DNA of 54,794 nucleotides, the filler included, from Trypethelium eluteriae (taxonomy: Eukaryota), in the NCBI GenBank assembly GCA_051942245.1. It is 4 parts of 4 records of this genome, joined end to end, with 100 filler letters (N's around TTAATTAATTAA, not from the genome) between each part and the next. Parts side by side here need not be neighbours in the genome. Positions count along the whole stretch, not along the records: positions 41,192 to 54,794 come from JAVECL010000728.1; 3 more parts are not named here. One strand, 5' to 3'. The first letter of the stretch is position 1. Each line of letters opens with the position of its first letter. Position numbers and translations under genes: made by a program. Shown one piece after another: positions 48,394 to 54,794 of the stretch. The notes beneath the pieces are model-generated. The model was not told where the DNA came from and did not search any database. It saw only the letters and a program-made list of their open reading frames with translations.

Positions 48394-50872
48394 ATGGTCT
48401 ACACTGGGAAACCAAGTAGGGCTTGTAATACTTGTCGGAACCGGAGGATCAAGGTAGTCTAGCCAACCAGATGCCTCGTCAGTTCGGTGCATTTTACCGC
48501 ATAAGACACGACTTGCTGATGTACCTCCCTAGTGTGACGAAGCGAGGCCCTTTTGCGGACAGTGTAAGAAGAGTGCCAGGGTGTGTCCAGGTTACCGGGA
48601 CGAATTTGATTTGATCTTTCGCAACGAGACCTCTGCGACCAAGCGTAGGGCGCAGAAAGGTGCATCTCGTGAAAGGGAGACAGCAACCAATGCAGTGTAA
48701 GGCTCCTTTGAGATTGGCATAGCACACAAGAACAGCTATTAATCTCCCGTTGTCCCCTCTCGTCCTTCTATTAGCTCTCAGTGCTCCCTGGAATAAGCCA
48801 GCTAACAGTAAGCTTAAGTCCGCAAAAGACCGCCAGATTGTCGGACGATTTCCAGAACCTAGAACCGATTATAGATTCCTTACATAACGACTGGCATACA
48901 GACGCCTATAATGCCTTCATTGGGAGCGGCCAGGTGCTTCTCGCACCAGGTCTTGGAATATCTGATGAAATCCAAGCAACTGCATTCTTTTTCCGAAATT
49001 TCGTCCTCTTACCTCGGCAGACCGATGCCACCCGGGGTTTTCTAGCCACCTTGTTACCTTTCTACAATCGGCTCGGCTCTGACACTTCACTGCACAAAGC
49101 TACCACTGCGGTCGCTCTATGCGCCTTTGCTAATTTCCCTGAAAAGGCCTACCTCAAGGATAGAGCTGTCGCTGAATATGGCAGGGCGATCCGAAAAGTC
49201 AACGATACGATCGTCAGTCCTACTATCGCCAGATCTGACGAGATGTTGTTGACAATCCTACTCCTTGGGCTCTATGAGGTATGACCATCTTATAGCATCC
49301 TTAATCATTACATTGTTGTCCATTCCTTGAACTCCCTCTGATAGGAGACTCTCGTGTTAAGGGGTTTCTTTGCATAAGGACTTTATTCCTCTTGAACAAG
49401 CAGAGTACATCCTGACTGATTGGTACTCCAGACCATTTCCTCCAAACTACGATCCTCAGGAGCATGGTCGGCTCATATCAATGGAGCGGTGACTTTGGCC
49501 AAGTTAAGGGGAACTGAGCAGTTCAATAACCCAGTGTCATTGAATCTGTTTCGCGCTGTTAGAGCTCATATGGTATGTCTGTCAAATTCAACCCTGGTTC
49601 AACCTGTCACCCGATTGTACAAATGCCAAAAGTTCAATTCTCTTCATATGGCTTCACATTCTGGGGTTTTCTTCGCATCAACAAAGACGAACAATTGACT
49701 TAAACTTGTTGCAGTTGGTCAATGCTATACAGAATTCTTTACCAATAACAGAGTTTCCAGCGGAGCATGGCTGGTTGAGCGACTGTGAACATGAATCTAC
49801 GACTGCGCAACGCCTCATGTTTGTCACGATTCAACTACCTGCTGTTCGACAAAGAGCGAAGCAGGTCTTTGCCGATCCGCGCCTCATGGATCAACGTGAC
49901 GTCCTTTCCCAACTATCGACATCAGCTGCCGACCTTGACGACGCTTTCGCACGCTGGTACGATTCGCTACCACCAAGATGGAGTCATCAGACTGTTGCCA
50001 CTCTCGAAGGAATGCCAGATGATCTTGAGGAAGCGGAAGCCTGGCCAGGCCCTATGAACGTCTACGAAGACCTTATCGTCTCCAACGTCATCAACAACCA
50101 CCGTATGGGGCGAATTTTCTGTCAGGCTGTCGTCATCGCTTGCCAGGCACGACTAGGACAGAGCCGGGAAGCAGTCGAGCAGAGCGAAAAGTATCAAAAA
50201 GCCGTGAAAACGGCCCGGGATCTGGTTAATGCTGTTTGCGCCACTGTCCCGTTCCACCTTGGCTACGATATCAAAGACCGAGCAAGGAAGATGGCCCAAT
50301 CCAAGACAGGTACGCCACTACTTAAACATCGCCCTTCCCTTACTCTCTTTCCTCAGCACGCGACTAACCCACATGATCCAGCCGCCGAAGCCGTCGGGGG
50401 CTACTTCCTCCTCTGGCCCCTCTTCGTCTGCACTCGCGTTGAATGCATCCCGGCCGACCAGAAACGTTGGGTCCGCGGCCGTCTGAGATACATCTCTCGC
50501 ACCTACGGCATCGACGGTCTCGAGTACCTCAAGCACGTCCCGGAGAACTACCTCTCGCGCGGCATCCGCATGGTCAACGATCCGACGCCCGACGACTACC
50601 CACACCAGTCGCCGGAGGCGGGCGAGATGATGACGATGCCGATGCCGATGATGGAGTCGAAATTCGCGAGGTCAGTCGTCTCCTCCCCCTCTGTTCCATC
50701 ATCGCAGCAGCAGCAATGTCCCAGGACGAAGGCCCAGGCGCCGCTGTTGCCGTTGTCGTCGTCGTCGTCGGTCCTGCCGCAGTTGACTCCCCCTGGACAG
50801 GGTTTGGTTAACTGTTTAGCGTTTGAGCAGATCCACCACGGAGTTTTTCACACCGTCGATTCAGTCGGATAG
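48394..50872 (+). CDS. Zn(II)2Cys6 transcription factor with fungal-specific TF domain, multi-exon
   Basis: MVYTGKPSRACNTCRNRRIK-(intron)-CDEARPFCGQCKKSARVCPGYRD supplies all six Cys. Downstream motifs: LLTILLLGLYE, WSAHINGAVTLAKLRG, VCATVPFHLG, GGYFLLWPL. Confidence 0.9.
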
Positions 50873-51424
50873 CGGGGCGCCGATGATGATTCCCGCGCCG
50901 ATGATGGGGGCGGAGTTATTCCAGTTGCAGCTTGTGGGCTCGGGCGTAAATACTTGTTTCTGAGGGAATCCATGAGAAAGCGTTGGTGTTGGATCAGAGC
51001 GTATGCTGCGTTGATCAGTTTAGCAATTTTCTGTGCTGCTTTAATGTGCATAGAGCAAGGTTGGTGGCATATATCCTCATTTAGAAATGTATGTGGTTGC
51101 CGGGGGTACAATGTATGTACTTGGTGATACTAGAGACACGTTTATCGTAGGGGCAGAGCGCGCCTTACTATAAATTGGTACCTTTACTGAGTAGCGAGAA
51201 AGTTCAGCGCATTGAGTTTAAGAAAACCTTCGTATATTTCGGAATGGCGAAGCTAGAAAAGATACCAGGAAGGCTCCCAGAGGCAAATTGGAGGTTGGAA
51301 GCCTTTCCTTGTGCCATAATTTAATAACATTTCTACAGTGACATGTCGGTCGTAACAGGGTATCATATACTCATATACATTTGTATAGACTTGAAACCAA
51401 ATGCAGCTGTTTTCCAGAAAGGCC

Positions 51425-51881
51425 TTATGCGATTTCCCTCATAGCCTTCTTAGCTTCTACAACAGCGGCTTTCGCTTTATTAATCTCTTCAACCGGTGCA
51501 GGATCTCCAGACTCCTTTCCGCTCTCCTGCTGCATATAAGTTACACATTCTGTTAAGATTTACTCGTAAAACTTACAAGCTGCTGCTCAAGCTTTGCGAC
51601 TGCTTCATCAATGCGCTTACGGAGTGAGGGAAACACTGCCTTGGTCTCTTCCAGTGCTCGCCGCTAAAATGCATAATCAGTCCTATGGGCAAGTCTGAAG
51701 TATTCACAGTAGACTCTACCTCTTGCTTTAGTTGATACTCCGCATTTTCATCATCAGTATTTTGCTCGGCTTTTTCTATCCGCTTCTTCTGCTGCTCGAG
51801 CTCCTTATGATAACTGGCCTCTTCGTTAACCAGCCTCTGCACAGCTGACGTTGCAATTGAGAGCTGCGAAGGGGGTGCCAT
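51425..51881 (-). CDS. RBL2: Tubulin-specific chaperone (cofactor) A, 3 exons
   Basis: MAPPSQLSIATSAVQRLVNEEASYHKELEQQ...NAEYQLKQE-(intron)-RALEETKAVFPS... ending KKAMREIA* with TAA at 51427-51425. Confidence 0.88.
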
Positions 51882-51997
51882 GATTGTGCGATGATACCAA
51901 TTGCAGGACTCTGCACATGAAGATTTGTTTGGGTGCGTCATTGGCGGGGCAATTTCTCGCTTTAGCGTCGAGATCGCGCTAGAGCGCGCCAGAAAAC

Positions 51998-52017
51998 ACG
52001 CGTCACGCGTCGCGCGT
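51998..52017. promoter_or_regulatory. Tandem MluI cell-cycle boxes (MCB, ACGCGT)
   Basis: ACGCGT at 51998-52003 and 52005-52010 plus GCGCGT at 52012-52017, about 100 nt upstream of the MCM4 ATG. MCBs are the established MBF-binding G1/S element. Confidence 0.8.
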
Positions 52018-52116
52018 TAAGTGGTTTTTGTGATTCGCATCCCCGAGCCCACCACTCTTTCTTCATCTAATACCTCAAATCGCACCACCTTTCCAACATC
52101 CATTGAGGCAGTTGCC

Positions 52117-54794
52117 ATGTCGTCTCCCACTTCGCGGCGCACGTTGCGTAATTCCGAATCTGCGACTCCTACGCGAAATCCTCGGTCTTCGCAACCCCCA
52201 GCAAGCAGTCCCATGGATGTGGGCCCCGACGAACAATTGCGTTCAGAGGCTTCGCAGGCTTCAGAGCGACAGCAGAGCGCGAATGGAACTCCTTCAGGAC
52301 CACGGCAATCCGGCGTAGCATCTTCATCACCTCTGTTTTTCCGCTCATCTCCAGCAAACGGTTCTGTGGCTGGTCCAGGTAACGCGGTAAATATCAGTTC
52401 TCCGTTGGCACGAGATAGAGATGGTACAGACGGTGACAGGACACCACGACCTTCTGGTCTCACAGTTGGAGGTGAATCTTCGCACACGATATAGGCGCTT
52501 TAAAGAAGCTGATCACCTCCAGATTCTTCACCAATCCGTTATGCCTCCAGCTCCAGCGCTGCAAATGGCCACCTCACCAACAATATTCGAAGCAGCAGTA
52601 GTGGTTTATTCGTACGCTCATCACTCGGTGAAGGTACAGCAGCTCGAAGCAGAAGACACGATATCAACTCCGACATACTTGAATCGGGCTCGACAGGACG
52701 GCGCCGGCGTCTCTTTGTTGATGAAAATGGTGTTCCGGCTGGCAACGATGCATCAGACGCAGCAACGTTCTCAAACTTGGATCCAGTCACCTCCGATGCA
52801 GATGCCATGGGAGGAAATTCAAGCCGTGTCATTTGGGGAACCAATGTATCAATTGCAGATTCTATGTCTGCCATGAAAGATTTTCTTCTCAACTACCAAA
52901 AGAAGTACCGGATGATCAAGGATGGTGAACTTCCGGACAATTTCATCATTGCATCGGACCATCCTGGCAATGAGAAGGAATACATCGAGGTCATGAAGCG
53001 AATGCTCGAAACTGGAAAGACTGCGCTGAACCTCGATGTAAGAAATCTGAAAGCTTATCCTCCGACGAGAAAGCTGTGGCATCAGCTCCAGGCTTTTCCA
53101 AATGAAATTATTCCTTTAATGGATGTTGCCGTAAAGGATGTAATGGAAGAGCTCGCCAATAAGCGTATGAACGAGCTTCGAGTGCAGCAGTCACAGCAAC
53201 AAGCTCAATTTAGAGCTCCACCTCGAGCGCGCGATTCTAGCTCTATTCCCCCTCTTCCCAGCTCCGATATTGATAATCAGGATGCTCGGATGGGTGGTGC
53301 AGTTCAGCCGCCACAGGAAATTCCGGACTTAGTCCACGATGTTGATAGCAGAATCTATCGCGTCCGTCCATTCGGATTGGATAATGTTATTAATCTACGA
53401 GAACTCAATCCTGGAGATATGGATAAACTCGTCAGTATCAAAGGACTGGTTATTCGGACGACACCGATCATACCCGATATGAAAGATGCCTTCTTCCGCT
53501 GCTCTGTTTGCAATCATAGTATGAAAGTCGACATTGACAGGGGGAAAATCGCCGAACCAACACAGTGTCCTCGAGAGCTTTGCAAATCTCAGAACTCGAT
53601 GCAAATTGTTCATAATAGATCCGGCTTTTCTGACAAGCAAGTCATCAAACTTCAGGAGACACCTGACAATGTTCCAGATGGACAAACTCCTCACTCAGTA
53701 TCGCTTTGCGCGTATGATGAGTTAGTCGATATCTGCAAAGCTGGTGACCGAGTCGAGATCACGGGGATTTTCAAATGCAATCAGGTCCGAATAAACCCTC
53801 GCCAACGGACCGTAAAGAACATCTTCAAGACTTATGTCGATGCTCTACACATCCAGAAAGTTGACAAAAAGAGGCTTGGAATTGACGTTTCCACTCTTCA
53901 AGATGAGCTCGATCACAATGTCGAGGGGTCCGCTGAAGAGGTTCGGAAAGTCAGCGAGGAAGAGGAAGCCAAGATCAAAGAAGTTGGTGCTCGATCTGAT
54001 GTTTACGACCTTCTATCTCGATCATTAGCACCTAGTATCTACGAGATGGATGATATGAAGAAAGGGATTCTACTGCAGCTGTTCGGAGGTACAAATAAGA
54101 CTTTTGAGAAGGGTGGCAGCCCCAAGTACAGAGGCGATATCAATGTTCTCCTTTGCGGCGATCCATCGACAGCGAAATCCCAACTTCTATCTTACGTCCA
54201 CAAAATTGCGCCCCGAGGCGTATATACAAGTGGTAAAGGATCGTCTGCTGTTGGTCTGACAGCATACGTAACTCGAGATCCTGAGACCCGTCAACTCGTC
54301 CTCGAGTCTGGTGCTCTCGTACTCTCAGATGGAGGCGTCTGCTGCATCGACGAGTTTGACAAGATGTCGGAATCAACGCGTTCAGTACTGCATGAAGTTA
54401 TGGAGCAACAAACGGTCTCTATCGCCAAGGCCGGAATTATCACAACTCTCAATGCTCGAACAAGCATTCTCGCTTCAGCAAATCCAATCGGAAGCAAATA
54501 CAACCCCAACCTCCCTGTGCCTCAAAACATAGATCTCCCGCCAACACTTCTCTCTCGTTTCGATCTCGTATATCTCGTCCTCGACCAGATCAATGAATCC
54601 GCTGACAGACGTCTGGCTCGACACTTACTCGGCATGTACCTCGAAGACACCCCCGAGAACGCCAGCAGCCATGAAATCCTCGTAAGTCCCCTACCCACAA
54701 CCTCACCTTCCTCTCCCCATCTAACCACTCCCCCAGCCAATCGAATTCCTCACCTCCTACATCTCCTACGCCCGCACCCACATCCACCCAGCCC
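52117..54794 (+). CDS. MCM4: DNA replication licensing factor Mcm4 (Cdc21/Cdc54); 3' end truncated
   Basis: SP/TP-rich N-terminus, intron ~52472-52521, IWGTNVS, zinc finger CSVC..CPRELC, Walker A GDPSTAKSQ, MCM signature IDEFDKM, arginine finger LLSRFDL, and an intron at ~54682-54737. The main exon is missing from the ORF track. Confidence 0.96.

Noticed and set aside
1..54794. Prokaryote-type systems (CRISPR, operons), secondary-metabolite clusters, TPP riboswitch, tRNA/rRNA
   Set aside because: No repeat-spacer array, PKS/NRPS/terpene synthase, TPP aptamer consensus or RNA-gene signature was recognised by eye. A covariance-model scan would be needed to exclude small RNAs.

Overview
Eukaryotic, intron-containing DNA from a filamentous ascomycete (Pezizomycotina; the class cannot be fixed from sequence alone). 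The window is not one locus. It is four contigs (1-13643, 13744-27386, 27487-41091, 41192-54794; 13643/13643/13605/13603 bp) joined by an artificial 100-nt N44-TTAATTAATTAA-N44 spacer, so adjacency across the gaps means nothing. Contig 1: 3' end of SPC24, a GYF-domain protein, a DUF3176-like membrane protein, two uncharacterised spliced genes and the start of an F-box-like gene. Contig 2: a small secreted Cys-containing protein, GH28 endopolygalacturonase, membrane-anchored GH5 glucanase (ExgD type), NMN adenylyltransferase and the 5' part of UFD4. Contig 3: VID27, an APC-family amino acid/GABA/polyamine permease, and a DENND6-like gene head-to-head with VAC14. Contig 4: a large OB-fold protein, a multi-pass membrane protein, a Zn2Cys6 transcription factor, and tubulin cofactor A head-to-head with MCM4 across an MCB-box promoter. 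No rRNA, tRNA, CRISPR array or intact transposon was recognised. The main unexplained signal is a recurring ~0.6-1 kb GC-rich island in which the + strand flips from C/A-rich to G/T-rich. It overrides codon usage, extends into introns and UTRs, lies mostly at gene 3' ends and coincides with most contig ends. Other leads: a possible KP6-fold effector/toxin, a possible mitochondrial NMNAT isoform, repeated HMGN-like RRSxR motifs in the OB-fold protein, and a minimal uORF 2 nt before the permease start. All family calls come from motif recognition by eye, not database searches.
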